DNA of 64,000 nt from an uncultured archaeon (GTDB taxonomy: Archaea; Iainarchaeota; Iainarchaeia; Iainarchaeales; JAAZKV01), in NCBI GenBank assembly GCA_964551375.1, contig CAZKBG010000001.1, positions 757,150 to 821,149 of the forward strand. Reading direction: 5' to 3'. The notes under the pieces are model-generated. The model was given only the letters and a program-made list of their open reading frames with translations. It searched no databases and was not told where the DNA came from. The first letter of the stretch is position 1. Every line of letters starts with the position of its first letter. Positions 44,988 to 56,223 of this stretch are shown piece by piece. Position numbers and translations under genes: made by a program.

Positions 44988-46862
44988 GTGAGTAAAATGG
45001 CAAAAATAATAGGAATAGATTTAGGAACATCAAACAGCGCAGCAAGCGTACTTGAAGGGGGAAAACCAAAAATAATTCCCTCAGCAGAAGGAAACACAGT
45101 TTATGGAAAAGCCTTCCCAAGTTACGTAGCTTTCTCAAAAGACGGAAAACTATTAGTCGGAGAACCAGCAAGAAGACAAGCAGTAACAAACCCAGACAGA
45201 ACTATTACAAAAGCAAAAAGAAAAATGGGGACAGGCCACAAATACTTGCTTGACGAAAAAAGTTATACTCCTCAACAGATATCCGCATTCATACTTCAAA
45301 AAATAAAAAGAGACGCAGAAGCGTTCTTAGGCGAAAAAGTAGAAAAAGCAGTAATCACAGTGCCAGCATATTTTGACGACAATCAAAGACAGGCCACAAA
45401 AGACGCGGGACAAATCGCCGGGCTTGAAGTTGTAAGAATTATAAACGAACCGACAGCCGCAGCGCTTGCATACGGACTTGACAAAAAAGGAAAAGACTCA
45501 AAAATAATGGTGTTTGACCTTGGAGGCGGAACACTTGATGTAACAATAATGGAGCTGGGAAGCGGAGTGTTTGAAGTAAAATCAACTTCAGGAGACACAG
45601 AACTTGGCGGAACAGACATGGATGAAACAGTGCTTAAGTACATTGTTGACGAATTCAAAAAAACAAACGGCGTAGACTTAATGAAAGACTCAATGGCTGT
45701 GCAAAGAGTAAGAGAAGCCGCTGAAAAAGCAAAAATAGAGCTTTCAACAGTTCTTGAAACAGACATAAACCTTCCATACATTACAGCAACACCAGAAGGG
45801 CCAAAACACTTAGCAATGAGACTAAACAGAGCAAAACTTGAAGAACTAATCGCACCGCTTGTAAAAAGATGCGAAAAGCCAATCACACAATCACTTGCTG
45901 ACGCAAAATTAACAGCAGCAGATATTGAAAAAGTAATTCTTGTAGGCGGACCGACAAGAATGCCAATAATACAAGAATTTGTAAAAAAAGTAACAGGAAT
46001 CGAGCCAGAACGCGGAATAGATCCGATGGAATGTGTTGCAATGGGCGCAGCAGTTCAGGGAGGAGTATTAGCAGGAGAAGTAAAAGATGTACTTTTACTT
46101 GATGTAACTCCGCTAAGCCTTGGAATAGAAACACTGGGCGGAGTATTTACAAAAATAATTGACAGAAACACGACAATTCCCACAAAGAAATCACAAGTAT
46201 TTTCAACAGCAAGCGACAATCAAACTGCAGTTGACATACACGTGCTGCAAGGAGAAAGACCTCTGGCAAGAGACAATAAATCCTTAGGAAGATTCCAATT
46301 AGTCGGAATACTGCCAGCTCCAAGAGGAATGCCTCAAATCGAAGTAATCTTTGATATTGACGCAAACGGAATAGTTCACGTAACCGCAAAGGACACAGGA
46401 ACAGGAAAAGAACAGAGCATCAAAATTGTTTCCTCACAAAAGCTTGATGAAAAAGAAATTGAGAGAATGAAGAAAGAAGCTGAAAGCCACGCAGAAGAAG
46501 ACAAGAAGGTAAAAGAAGAAATAGAAATCTTCAACTCAGCAGACGCTACAATCTACTCGACAGAAAAAATGCTTGAAGAGCTCAAAGACAAGCTTGGCGA
46601 AGACCACAAAAAGAAAATCACAGCAAAGCTTGACGACTTGAAAAGCGCGGTAAAGAAAGAGCCAAAATCAGTAAGCGAAGTAAAATCAAAATCAGACGAA
46701 CTGAATAAAGCTCTAAGCGAAGTGGGCTCGGAAGTATACGGCAAAAATGCGCAAGGGCCGGGAGCAAATCCCGGCGCAGGCCCAAATGCTTCAGGCGCTG
46801 ACCCTGAAGGCGACGAAAAAGTGGTTGACGCAGAATTTGAGGACAAAGGAAAGAAAAAGTAA
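44988..46862 (+). CDS. dnaK: Hsp70 chaperone DnaK
   Basis: [38 protein letters not shown]. Likely start is the ATG at 44997. Confidence 0.95.
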   Translation: MSKMAKIIGIDLGTSNSAASVLEGGKPKIIPSAEGNTVYGKAFPSYVAFSKDGKLLVGEPARRQAVTNPDRTITKAKRKMGTGHKYLLDEKSYTPQQISAFILQKIKRDAEAFLGEKVEKAVITVPAYFDDNQRQATKDAGQIAGLEVVRIINEPTAAALAYGLDKKGKDSKIMVFDLGGGTLDVTIMELGSGVFEVKSTSGDTELGGTDMDETVLKYIVDEFKKTNGVDLMKDSMAVQRVREAAEKAKIELSTVLETDINLPYITATPEGPKHLAMRLNRAKLEELIAPLVKRCEKPITQSLADAKLTAADIEKVILVGGPTRMPIIQEFVKKVTGIEPERGIDPMECVAMGAAVQGGVLAGEVKDVLLLDVTPLSLGIETLGGVFTKIIDRNTTIPTKKSQVFSTASDNQTAVDIHVLQGERPLARDNKSLGRFQLVGILPAPRGMPQIEVIFDIDANGIVHVTAKDTGTGKEQSIKIVSSQKLDEKEIERMKKEAESHAEEDKKVKEEIEIFNSADATIYSTEKMLEELKDKLGEDHKKKITAKLDDLKSAVKKEPKSVSEVKSKSDELNKALSEVGSEVYGKNAQGPGANPGAGPNASGADPEGDEKVVDAEFEDKGKKK

Positions 46863-46930
46863 AACTAAGCCCGCGGACGGAGATTATAAAATATAATTTA
46901 GAAAAGAGTTTAACCTAAGGGAGAAAGCAA

Positions 46931-47056
46931 ATGGATGAAAACAAAACTTTGACTGGGTTAGAAGACAAGGAAAAGAAAGCTGACATTAAGCCAAAAGAAA
47001 AATCAGATAAAGGGCTTGCGGCTAAATCCCCAAAAGAGATTTGGCTTGCAAGTTAA
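46931..47056 (+). CDS. possible small protein (41 aa) in the dnaK-dnaJ spacer
   Basis: GGGAG RBS about 8 nt upstream of the ATG. Lys/Glu-rich product MDENKTLTGLEDKEKKADIKPKEKSDKGLAAKSPKEIWLAS. Confidence 0.25.
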   Translation: MDENKTLTGLEDKEKKADIKPKEKSDKGLAAKSPKEIWLAS

Positions 47057-47206
47057 ATTCTTTCCAAGTCAAATATGGGCGCTTAATTTAATGGTGGGTA
47101 TAAAAAACCATTTGAGCGAAAAATAGTAAAGCAGGAAAATAAATATACTGCGCAAAATATTTGAAAAAAAGCTAAAAAAAGGCTGGCTGAAACTAAGTGA
47201 TAAAGA

Positions 47207-48331
47207 ATGGCTGATTATTACGAAATATTGGGATTAAAGAAAGGCGCAAGTTCTGAAGAGATAAAAAAAGCCTACAAAGAGCTTGCAAAAAAATACCATC
47301 CTGATGTTTCAAAAGAGCACGAAGCTGAAAAAAAGTTCAAGGAAATAAATGAAGCCTATTCAGTACTATCTGACTCTGACAAAAAAGCAAAATACGACAC
47401 TTACGGCGAAGACGCATTTAAAGGATACTCAGGCGGAGCAGGATTTTCAAGCAGAAACTTTGATTTTGAAGATATTTTCAGCCAATTCTCAAACTTCGGC
47501 TTTTCTGATTTTGGAGACATATTCGGAGGCGGAGGCGGGAGCTCAGGAGCTGGAGCAAGAGGAAGAAAAGACAACGGCTCAAATGTAAAACTAAATTTGA
47601 ATTTAAGCTTTGAAGAAGCAGCATTTGGGACAACAAAAGAAATTGAATATGAAAGAATTGAAAAATGCGAAAAATGCCACGGAAGCGGAGCGGAAGGCTC
47701 GCTAAAGAAGTGCTCAACATGCCAGGGAAGAGGAGTAGAAGTAAGACAACAGAGAACTCCGTTTGGAATATTCCAATCACAGTCAGTATGCCGAACCTGC
47801 CACGGCAGGGGAGAGATTCCTGAAAAAGAATGCAGAGAATGCGGAGGAGACGGACTAACAGCAAAACCTTCAAGAGTAAGCGTGAAAATCCCTGCAGGAA
47901 TAAACACAAACAATCACTTAAGACTCTCTGGAAAAGGGCATGAAGGAAGACACGGCGCAGGAGATTTATACATTGTAATATTTGTAGAGCCGCATGAAAT
48001 ATTCAAACGCGACGAAGAAGACATTTATGCGGAAATTCCGGTGGCTTATTCAGAAGCAGCGCTTGGCGCAACTGTGGATGTTCCAACACTCCACGGCAAA
48101 GCAGAACTAAAAATTCCAAGCGGAACACAGAGTGGAACAATATTTAGAATCAAAGGAAAAGGAATACAGAAATTAAACAAAGAAGCATTCGGAGACGAAT
48201 ACATCAAAGTAATAGTGACAACTCCAAGCAAACTTTCAAAAAAACAAAAAGAGCTTCTTGAACAATTAAAGAAAGAAGATGACGCTTCAAAGAAAAGAAA
48301 AGGATTTATTGACAAAATCCTTGGAAAGTGA
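47207..48331 (+). CDS. dnaJ: DnaJ (Hsp40) co-chaperone
   Basis: J domain [31 protein letters not shown]. Gly/Phe-rich region. Four CxxCxGxG zinc-finger repeats. Confidence 0.9.
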   Translation: MADYYEILGLKKGASSEEIKKAYKELAKKYHPDVSKEHEAEKKFKEINEAYSVLSDSDKKAKYDTYGEDAFKGYSGGAGFSSRNFDFEDIFSQFSNFGFSDFGDIFGGGGGSSGAGARGRKDNGSNVKLNLNLSFEEAAFGTTKEIEYERIEKCEKCHGSGAEGSLKKCSTCQGRGVEVRQQRTPFGIFQSQSVCRTCHGRGEIPEKECRECGGDGLTAKPSRVSVKIPAGINTNNHLRLSGKGHEGRHGAGDLYIVIFVEPHEIFKRDEEDIYAEIPVAYSEAALGATVDVPTLHGKAELKIPSGTQSGTIFRIKGKGIQKLNKEAFGDEYIKVIVTTPSKLSKKQKELLEQLKKEDDASKKRKGFIDKILGK

Positions 48332-48415
48332 AAAATACACTATATTTTCTTTTACGGCAAAACACCCCTGTTTCTTATAAAAACTCTTGCAAAGGGAATA
48401 AATTAGTGCAATAAA

Positions 48416-50551
48416 ATGAAAGAAGAAAAATACGCAGTTGAAAAGCTGGTTCTTGAGGCAAATGGATTTGAAAAATTTAATCCAATGCAGGAGCAGTGCG
48501 TAAAAAAAGGATTCTCTAAAAGCCTTGTAGTGAGCGCGCCCACAGCAAGCGGAAAAACAATTGCAGCAGAACTTTTCATGCTTCAAACAGTTTTAAATGA
48601 AAATAAAAAAGTTATTTACACCTGCCCCCTTCGCGCGCTTGCGGGAGAACATTACGCTGATTTTAAGAAAAAATACTCAAAACAAACTCCAACAACTCAC
48701 ATGAAGTTTGCGGTTTCCACAGGCGACCTTGACTCAAGCAGCTCGTATTTGAAAGGCTTTGATGTAATAATGACAACTTATGAAAAACTTGCCTCATTGC
48801 TCCGCCACAAAGCAGAGTGGCTGAGCGAAGTCGGCGGAATAATAATTGATGAAATGCACGAGCTTGACTCAGACAGGGGACCAGTTCTTGAAATTGCGCT
48901 AACTCAAATGCAAATAAACACGCCTTCAATAAAAGTGCTTGGATTAAGCGCAACAATTCCAAATGCCGCAGAGATGGCGAAATGGCTTAATGCCAATCTT
49001 GTTGAATCAGACTACCGCCCGACAAAACTTAGAGAAGGAATTTTATTTGAATCAAAAGTAGAGTTTAATGACAACACAACCGAAAGCGGAAGCATGGAAG
49101 AAATAGTGGAAGCTAATCTTGCGAAAGAAAAACAAATGCTGGTTTTCATGAATGCAAGAAAACGAGCTGAATCAATGGCAAAGAAAATGGCTGAACTTAC
49201 TACTAAAACAATTAATCCAAGCGAGAAAACAAAACTCCTAAAAATCGCTGATGAAGCGCTCAATGCGCTTGAAGTGCCTACTGAACAATGCACTTCCCTT
49301 GCGGGGCTGATAAAACACGGTGCTGCTTTTCACCATGCTGGACTTGTTGGAAAACAACGCGAACTGGTGGAAGAAAACTTTAGAAACGGACTACTTAGAA
49401 TATTATGCGCAACCCCTACCCTTGCGGCCGGAGTAAACACGCCTGCTGATATTGTAATAATTCCAAGCCTTTATAGATTTGAAAAATTTGGAATGGATTT
49501 AATTGCAGTAAGAGAGTACAAGCAAATGGCTGGAAGAAGCGGAAGACCAAAATTCTCAACTGAAGGGAAAAGCATTGCGCTCGCTACAAGCGAAGCGCAA
49601 AAAGATATGTTCATGGAAAAATATGTGAACGGAAAAGTAGAGGCGATAATATCAAGACTTGGAATAATACCAGTGCTTCGAACACACATACTTGCGCTCA
49701 TTGCAACTGATTATATTCAGGATATTAAAACAATTGAATCATTTTTTGAAAGAACGCTTTACTCGCACCAGCTTCAAAATATGGGCGAGTTAATCGACAA
49801 TGTTCTTGAAATAATTAATGATCTTGAAGAATTTGGATTTGTAAAACGAGAAGGCGAAAAATTTCGCGCTACACTTATCGGCAAAAGGGTATCGGACTTA
49901 TTTTTAGACCCTGAAAGCGCTCACGAATTAATTACCGCGCTAAAAGAAAAGAGAACTTTTACTCCTCTTTCATATATTTACGCTTGGGTGAACTGCACAG
50001 AGTTCTCCCCATGGATGAATCCACCAGCAAAAGCAAAGCCATTAATTCTTGAAGAAATGAGCGGAAGGGCTGATGAGCTTCCATTCAGACAGGAAAAAAC
50101 TTTATTTGAGCCTGAAGCAATAGAAAAATTCTTTTCAGCTATGATGCTTGAACAATGGATAAATGAAAAGCACGAAAGCGAGCTTTTTACAAACTACGGG
50201 CTTGCGCCTGGATTATTGTTTGGAAAAACACAGATAATTGAATGGCTTTCCTATGCAACAATTGAACTTTCAAAAGTAATGGGACTTGAAAAACACTTAA
50301 TTAATTCCCAAAAACTGGGAAGAAGAGCAAAGTACGGCGTTAAAGAAGAACTTTTGATGCTTGTTGAGCTGAAGGGAATTGGAAGAGTTAGAGCAAGAAA
50401 ATTATTTTCTGCTGGAATAAAGAAGCCAAGCGAAGCAAAGGCTAATATTGCCAAAGTTGAAGCAATTTTAGGCAAAAAAGTGGCTGATTCAATCAAAGCC
50501 CAGCTTAAATTTGAAGCCGAAGGCGCAAAAACCTCCCAAAATACGCTTTAA
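48416..50551 (+). CDS. hel308: Ski2-like / Hel308 (Hjm) superfamily 2 DNA helicase
   Basis: Walker A SAPTASGKT. DExH box IIIDEMHELD. RecA2 motifs. C-terminal helix-hairpin-helix ELKGIGRVRARKLFSAGI. Confidence 0.8.
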   Translation: MKEEKYAVEKLVLEANGFEKFNPMQEQCVKKGFSKSLVVSAPTASGKTIAAELFMLQTVLNENKKVIYTCPLRALAGEHYADFKKKYSKQTPTTHMKFAVSTGDLDSSSSYLKGFDVIMTTYEKLASLLRHKAEWLSEVGGIIIDEMHELDSDRGPVLEIALTQMQINTPSIKVLGLSATIPNAAEMAKWLNANLVESDYRPTKLREGILFESKVEFNDNTTESGSMEEIVEANLAKEKQMLVFMNARKRAESMAKKMAELTTKTINPSEKTKLLKIADEALNALEVPTEQCTSLAGLIKHGAAFHHAGLVGKQRELVEENFRNGLLRILCATPTLAAGVNTPADIVIIPSLYRFEKFGMDLIAVREYKQMAGRSGRPKFSTEGKSIALATSEAQKDMFMEKYVNGKVEAIISRLGIIPVLRTHILALIATDYIQDIKTIESFFERTLYSHQLQNMGELIDNVLEIINDLEEFGFVKREGEKFRATLIGKRVSDLFLDPESAHELITALKEKRTFTPLSYIYAWVNCTEFSPWMNPPAKAKPLILEEMSGRADELPFRQEKTLFEPEAIEKFFSAMMLEQWINEKHESELFTNYGLAPGLLFGKTQIIEWLSYATIELSKVMGLEKHLINSQKLGRRAKYGVKEELLMLVELKGIGRVRARKLFSAGIKKPSEAKANIAKVEAILGKKVADSIKAQLKFEAEGAKTSQNTL

Positions 50552-50694
50552 TTTTTTCAACTAACTCAGCTCGCTTAACTTAACTTGCAAAAAGCCAAAA
50601 ACAGCCAAGGCAGGAAGCAAATTTTGGTTTAAAGTAAGCTTTATTAAGAACAATTCACTTATTTTTCCAACAAGCTAGGGCAATTTGTGGTTGG

Positions 50695-53600
50695 ATGGAT
50701 TTATCTGCAATAACAGAACCTTTCAAGAATTTCTATTACAAACTTGAAGACAAATGGTACGACTTTCTTGACTATTTGAGCAACTATGTTCCAGTATACA
50801 AAGTAATTGACCCAATTGACAGCGTAGTGCCAAGCTTTGTAGTATTTTTGCTCGTTATATTATTTTTGATAGTGCTTGGAGCATACTTGATGCAGTTTGG
50901 CTCAAATTATGAAATTGAATTCCACACAGTTGATTCAAAAACAAGCGCTGATTTAAGCGATGTTACAATTTACGGCGAAATAAACGCGGCTAATTTTGAC
51001 GAAGTCACTGATGCTGAAGGAATGGCAATAGTCCGTCTTGACAGCGGAAGCAAGAACCTCTTTGACCAGATAGGTGAAATGATTTTCGGGGCAGAACCAG
51101 TCGAGTTTTATGCAATTGTTTCAGCGGAAAAAGCAGGATACAACAGCATTGCAGATAAAGAAGTTGACATTTCCACAAAAAGAGCAACAATCTCAATGGT
51201 GAAAAAAGATAGCACAGGCCCAAATGACCCAATACATCTTGAAGACGATTATCCAAACAGCACAAGAGTGACTTTAGTTGATTCGCTTACTGATGATCCA
51301 ATAGTTGATAATACCGGAAGCGCATATGTAAGATTTAACTGCGCGAACAAAGCAACAGGCGCAAAAACCGCAAAAGATATTGATGACGGCGACCTTGACG
51401 GAGTATTTTTGCTTAATTCAGAAAAATGCCAGTTTGTGGTAACAAATGCTTACACTACTGGATACGAGTCTCCAACAAACCTTCCAAGAACTCTTCCTAC
51501 TGCAATAAGCGAGCACAAAATCTCGATGTCAAAAATAAGATCGGCTCCAGGCGGAACAATAAAAGTATATGCTTATGAAAAAAATTCAAGCCCTGAAAAA
51601 CCAATCCCAAGAGTTCAGGTAACTTTACTTGACAAATACAATATCAATGCAGGAAGAAAATTGACTGACAACAGCGGAGTTGCGGTATTTACTGACATTG
51701 ATTCTGGAACTTACACAATAATTGCGGCAAGCCCCGACAGCAACTATGCATCAATACGCGTTGATGAAAATGTTTCAATCACAGCAGTTGCAGGCGCTAC
51801 AAGAGAAAAGAAAGTATACCTTGAAAGAATTGACCCAACTTTAGTAAGATTTGTTAAAGTACAGCTAAAGGACTCAAACACTTTAAGCATAATAAGAGAC
51901 GCAAAAGCATTTGTTCAGGAAATAAGAAGATCAGGAAGCACATACTCGCTTGCCCCTCTTGCAGGATGCTTAAATGAATGCATAAGCGACTCAAACGGAA
52001 TAATAAAAGTAACAGGATTAATGAACGACGACGCAAACAAAGTTTTAATGATTGTGAATAAACCAGGGTATGTGATAAAAATATTCAAACCAATTCTGGT
52101 AAAATCAATCGACCCTCCGACAGTAGAATATCTTGAAGAAATTAACTCAACAAATTCAGGACAGGCAAGAGTGACAGTGAAAAGCTCTTCAAATAACGCT
52201 TTAATCGCAGGGGCAAAATCATTTTTGTATGTAAATCTTCTGGACCCAAGAGTTCAAAGAGTGCAGATTTTTGAAGACGGAATTTTGACTAATTCCGAAG
52301 GAATATCCATTTTCAACGGACTTCCAATAGGCGCTGATAAAAACTATGTTGCGAGAGCCACATATGACACGCTTGACTCAGGATACTCTGCAGGAAAGCA
52401 GATTTACGCAGGACAGACAACTGATTTTAATTTATCAATCGCGCTTGACGCTGCATTCATAAGGGTTCTACTGCTTGACGCAAACACAAGACAAGTGATA
52501 CCAACAAGAGCGGACGCAAACGTTGTTTTGTTTCCTGCAAACCGCCCAATGGATGTGCTTCATTATGATTCACAAACAACAAGATTCATCAGCGCAATGT
52601 ATCCAAGAGCAATAAGCTTTGTAGTTGCCGCTGATTTGAATAATTACGCGGGAGCAGTGCTTGAAATCCCCGCAGGAAACTTGTCAAACGGAATAAATGA
52701 CTTTAATGTAAGACTTTACCCGCTAAGCATGCTTGACAAAAATGTAAATATTTTCTTCAACGGATTTTACAGAAACAATTACGAACTAATAAGGGGGATA
52801 AAAGCAAATTCAATTGAAACCACAAACCAGCATGATGACGGAACTTTCGGATATTATGAACAGATAGATGTTGTCGCAGGAAAAGATTTGAATTATTCAG
52901 ATTTGTTTGGGGCGATAAGATTTAGCGACGCAATGAAAATAGTTGGAATTCCATTTAAAACAGGAATAAATTATCTTGAATCAGGGTATTATTTATGCAG
53001 TCCTCCGATACAAAACCCGGTTAATTCTGATGAATTTTACATACAAACCGACTCAAACTGCCAGCGAAACGAGACAAATCCAAACGGGGCAATGGCTGGA
53101 ATACACTGGCAGCAGGGAATTTCGGCTCAAAGAGGATTAAAGAAAACAGTTTACACAATGGCTGTTAAAACAATTTTTGGAGATGTTAACGAAGGCACAA
53201 TATTAAACCTAAAAGGATTTGGAAAAGAAAAACACAACACGCTTTCTTCAGAAGACAGATTTGACATAAGCTACCAATTAGGAACTCCAATAGGTCCAAC
53301 AGACAACAATGCTGCAATTTCAATAATTGCTACCATGAACAGCGGGGCAATTACAAGAGATCCTGAAGGATTTATATATAATCCAGCAAAAAAAACTTAT
53401 CTTGAAGTTTCCCCAACTCAAACAAAAATAACCGCTTATCAAAGAAATAATCTTGGGATAAAAGTCAGAAATGACTCAAATGTTCCAATTACAAACATAA
53501 AACTTTATGTTTACACATACAGCGGAATTATGGAAGAGTTTAATTACGTTCCAAGCGGAGCAATAAGGCTTGATAATGAAACAACAGGACTAAGGTCAAG

Positions 53601-56169
53601 ATACGTTGCCACAATTTTAAATTTAAACAAAAACGCAATTTCCTCGCCGCAAACAGTTCCATTGTATTCATTAACTCCAAATTCAACAACAAAAGTAATC
53701 ATAGTCGCAGCAGTTGAGGATAAAAATTATTTATTTGTTGCAGACACAAAAACAGTAGCGCTGAATTTGGTTCTTTCAGGCGCAAGATTCATGGCTGATG
53801 TTCAGGACCAGAACTTTGACGCAGAAGTATTCGCAGGAAACGGCAGAACTCCAGTTGCGCTTGAATCAGTTGACTTAAAAGCAGTGAGAAACTGCTCTAA
53901 TACGCAAAACAGAGTTGTTGATTACAATAACTTACTTGCAGATATTGACCCAGTTAGGACAAATTACTTTGAAAGAACAATACCTGGAATTTACAGAAAA
54001 GACGCTGACTGCCTTGTAGTGCACGTAGTTGCAGAAAGCCCTGATTATGATGATTTGACAAAAACAATATATGCTGGATATTCAGTTCTTCAGGACTTGA
54101 CATTATCATGCGTTGACGCTTCATTCCCCGACGCATTTGGAGACAGCGACCTTGAAGAAATGACTGCTGAATGGGACAGCGAATTTGATGTAAGAGTAAT
54201 AAACACCTGCGCAGGACCAATGCAGATAAGCGTTGAATCAGGATTAAACCAAGTATCAAATACATGCAATAATCTTGCCTCGCTTGCAGAATGCAACGTT
54301 AGATTAAAAGCGAGGAATAAATCATACAGCCCTACGGTAAAATACAGCGATATTTTGGGAGTTTTCCCTATTTACATTAAAGCGCGCGACGCGCAGACAT
54401 CCAAAAAACTTGCGCTTGCGGATAAATTAAAAATTCACATCTCAAATTCTGCAGAATGCTTCCAAATAATACAAAAAGATATTTACGAAGCAAATCCCCA
54501 GCCGTTTAAAGGAAGCATGATAATTAACAACAACTGCCAGAACACGCTTGTGGACGATTATTATGTTCCAAAAGAAGTGCTAAGCCTTGCGGGTGCGGAT
54601 GTTAACACATTTGCTCCAAAATACCAGTCAGTTGATTTCAATTATGATTTAATAGTAAGGGGCGGAGGATACGATTACGGCACAACTCCAGTAACACGAA
54701 TTGCAAATGTATTCTTCCCAGAACAGGGAGTAAATGGAAAACCAGTAATCGGAACAGGACCAAACGGCTACAATAAATACGGACAGTTCAGATTCTCAAT
54801 ACCTAATTACAGCGGACAAACTGACTTGTTTTATTTCAGATGGTCGGATAGAAATGACGGCTCGAACAGATACGGCGCAGTGCTTGACAATACTATTACA
54901 GTAAATTATAGAGACGGAACACATCAGACTGTTCAAACAAATGTAGCGACTTTTGATATTAACACTCTTCCAATCGCATGCAAATGCTACGGAACAAGAT
55001 ACAGCGGAGCTTCATGCTCTCAGGCAGTTCACACTGATGTAATATTTGGAAACGGAACATTTTCAGGAGAACACTGCATGCTAATTTCAAACGATTTAGT
55101 AGTCGGTGTGCCTGATGGAGAAGGAATTGGTGGATTAATGTATGTCTACGTTCCAAGAGGAAATGTTGAATCATTTGATTTTAATATTTACGGAAACCCA
55201 AATGCAACAAACTTGCGAATAAAGGGATACTCTTGGATAAGGTATACTGAAAATTTAACGACTATTACTCCAAACGGAAGCTCAAGCGCAGCTGTATTAA
55301 ACAGCGGGGGATTCAGAATATATCCAGTTGAAGGATACACTTACATACTCAAAAACCTTGCAGACACTTCACTAAGCAAACAGCTTGAAGAAAGAATACA
55401 ACTCTGCAAAAAAGTTCAATCAGCAGACGCATGGTATTTCTTAGACCAGCTGTATTGGACAAAAAGATCAATAATGAACTTTGATGAAGCAAAAGCATTC
55501 TGCTCGACTTCAGCAGGAGCAGGCATTGATTTGACAGGAACAACTCCAAGACTTGCAACCTCGGCTGATGTGAGCGCGCCAAGAAACCAATTCATAAGCG
55601 GCGATCCAAAACTATTATGGAACGCAAGCGACGGACAGGGCGGATGGGTAAACGGCGAAGGGGTAAAAGGATTTTGGCTTGACAACTGCCAAGGCGAATG
55701 GTGCTTCCCGTTAAGAAAACTTGACACAGCATATGCATACGTTGACAATAATGTTCATGCCGACATTGCAGAATATGTTCCTTTATGCACAGTAGAACTT
55801 GACAACACCCGCGAAGTTACATCAGCAATGTGCACAGCTCTTGGAATAACCTGCAACAAAGCATCAGGACAATGCGTATTCCCAGATCCATCATCATTCA
55901 CTTCATTTAACAGCAACGCTTACTTAAAAACTCCAAATCCTTTGGTTGAAGTTGTTATAAAATCAGTTCGCGCAAACGGAAGAGCGCTTGATCCTTCAAC
56001 AGTAGTTGTGTGGCTTGAAGGAGGATTATTAAAAGCAAGATTTATCGGAGAGAATTACTCGCCATATGACGACCAGACAATTGAATCGGATATTATTGCA
56101 AAAGATGTAAAGGGCGACCAGTACGGAACATTAACTGTTATAGATTATGTAAATAATCCGGAGGATTAG
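50695..56169 (+). CDS. giant membrane-anchored surface protein (1824 aa) with repeated transthyretin/CarboxypepD_reg-like beta-sandwich domains and a Cys-rich C-terminal region
   Basis: N-terminal signal-anchor helix VVPSFVVFLLVILFLIVLGAYLM after about 45 cytoplasmic residues. Repeated segments such as VQVTLLDKYNINAGRKLTDNSGVAVFTDIDSGTYTIIAAS. Many Cys in the last roughly 700 aa. Confidence 0.65.
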   Translation: MDLSAITEPFKNFYYKLEDKWYDFLDYLSNYVPVYKVIDPIDSVVPSFVVFLLVILFLIVLGAYLMQFGSNYEIEFHTVDSKTSADLSDVTIYGEINAANFDEVTDAEGMAIVRLDSGSKNLFDQIGEMIFGAEPVEFYAIVSAEKAGYNSIADKEVDISTKRATISMVKKDSTGPNDPIHLEDDYPNSTRVTLVDSLTDDPIVDNTGSAYVRFNCANKATGAKTAKDIDDGDLDGVFLLNSEKCQFVVTNAYTTGYESPTNLPRTLPTAISEHKISMSKIRSAPGGTIKVYAYEKNSSPEKPIPRVQVTLLDKYNINAGRKLTDNSGVAVFTDIDSGTYTIIAASPDSNYASIRVDENVSITAVAGATREKKVYLERIDPTLVRFVKVQLKDSNTLSIIRDAKAFVQEIRRSGSTYSLAPLAGCLNECISDSNGIIKVTGLMNDDANKVLMIVNKPGYVIKIFKPILVKSIDPPTVEYLEEINSTNSGQARVTVKSSSNNALIAGAKSFLYVNLLDPRVQRVQIFEDGILTNSEGISIFNGLPIGADKNYVARATYDTLDSGYSAGKQIYAGQTTDFNLSIALDAAFIRVLLLDANTRQVIPTRADANVVLFPANRPMDVLHYDSQTTRFISAMYPRAISFVVAADLNNYAGAVLEIPAGNLSNGINDFNVRLYPLSMLDKNVNIFFNGFYRNNYELIRGIKANSIETTNQHDDGTFGYYEQIDVVAGKDLNYSDLFGAIRFSDAMKIVGIPFKTGINYLESGYYLCSPPIQNPVNSDEFYIQTDSNCQRNETNPNGAMAGIHWQQGISAQRGLKKTVYTMAVKTIFGDVNEGTILNLKGFGKEKHNTLSSEDRFDISYQLGTPIGPTDNNAAISIIATMNSGAITRDPEGFIYNPAKKTYLEVSPTQTKITAYQRNNLGIKVRNDSNVPITNIKLYVYTYSGIMEEFNYVPSGAIRLDNETTGLRSRYVATILNLNKNAISSPQTVPLYSLTPNSTTKVIIVAAVEDKNYLFVADTKTVALNLVLSGARFMADVQDQNFDAEVFAGNGRTPVALESVDLKAVRNCSNTQNRVVDYNNLLADIDPVRTNYFERTIPGIYRKDADCLVVHVVAESPDYDDLTKTIYAGYSVLQDLTLSCVDASFPDAFGDSDLEEMTAEWDSEFDVRVINTCAGPMQISVESGLNQVSNTCNNLASLAECNVRLKARNKSYSPTVKYSDILGVFPIYIKARDAQTSKKLALADKLKIHISNSAECFQIIQKDIYEANPQPFKGSMIINNNCQNTLVDDYYVPKEVLSLAGADVNTFAPKYQSVDFNYDLIVRGGGYDYGTTPVTRIANVFFPEQGVNGKPVIGTGPNGYNKYGQFRFSIPNYSGQTDLFYFRWSDRNDGSNRYGAVLDNTITVNYRDGTHQTVQTNVATFDINTLPIACKCYGTRYSGASCSQAVHTDVIFGNGTFSGEHCMLISNDLVVGVPDGEGIGGLMYVYVPRGNVESFDFNIYGNPNATNLRIKGYSWIRYTENLTTITPNGSSSAAVLNSGGFRIYPVEGYTYILKNLADTSLSKQLEERIQLCKKVQSADAWYFLDQLYWTKRSIMNFDEAKAFCSTSAGAGIDLTGTTPRLATSADVSAPRNQFISGDPKLLWNASDGQGGWVNGEGVKGFWLDNCQGEWCFPLRKLDTAYAYVDNNVHADIAEYVPLCTVELDNTREVTSAMCTALGITCNKASGQCVFPDPSSFTSFNSNAYLKTPNPLVEVVIKSVRANGRALDPSTVVVWLEGGLLKARFIGENYSPYDDQTIESDIIAKDVKGDQYGTLTVIDYVNNPED

Positions 56170-56223
56170 AAATTTGAGATTATTAAGTGATTTTTACTAA
56201 AGCAATTAATTAAAAGTAAAAAT

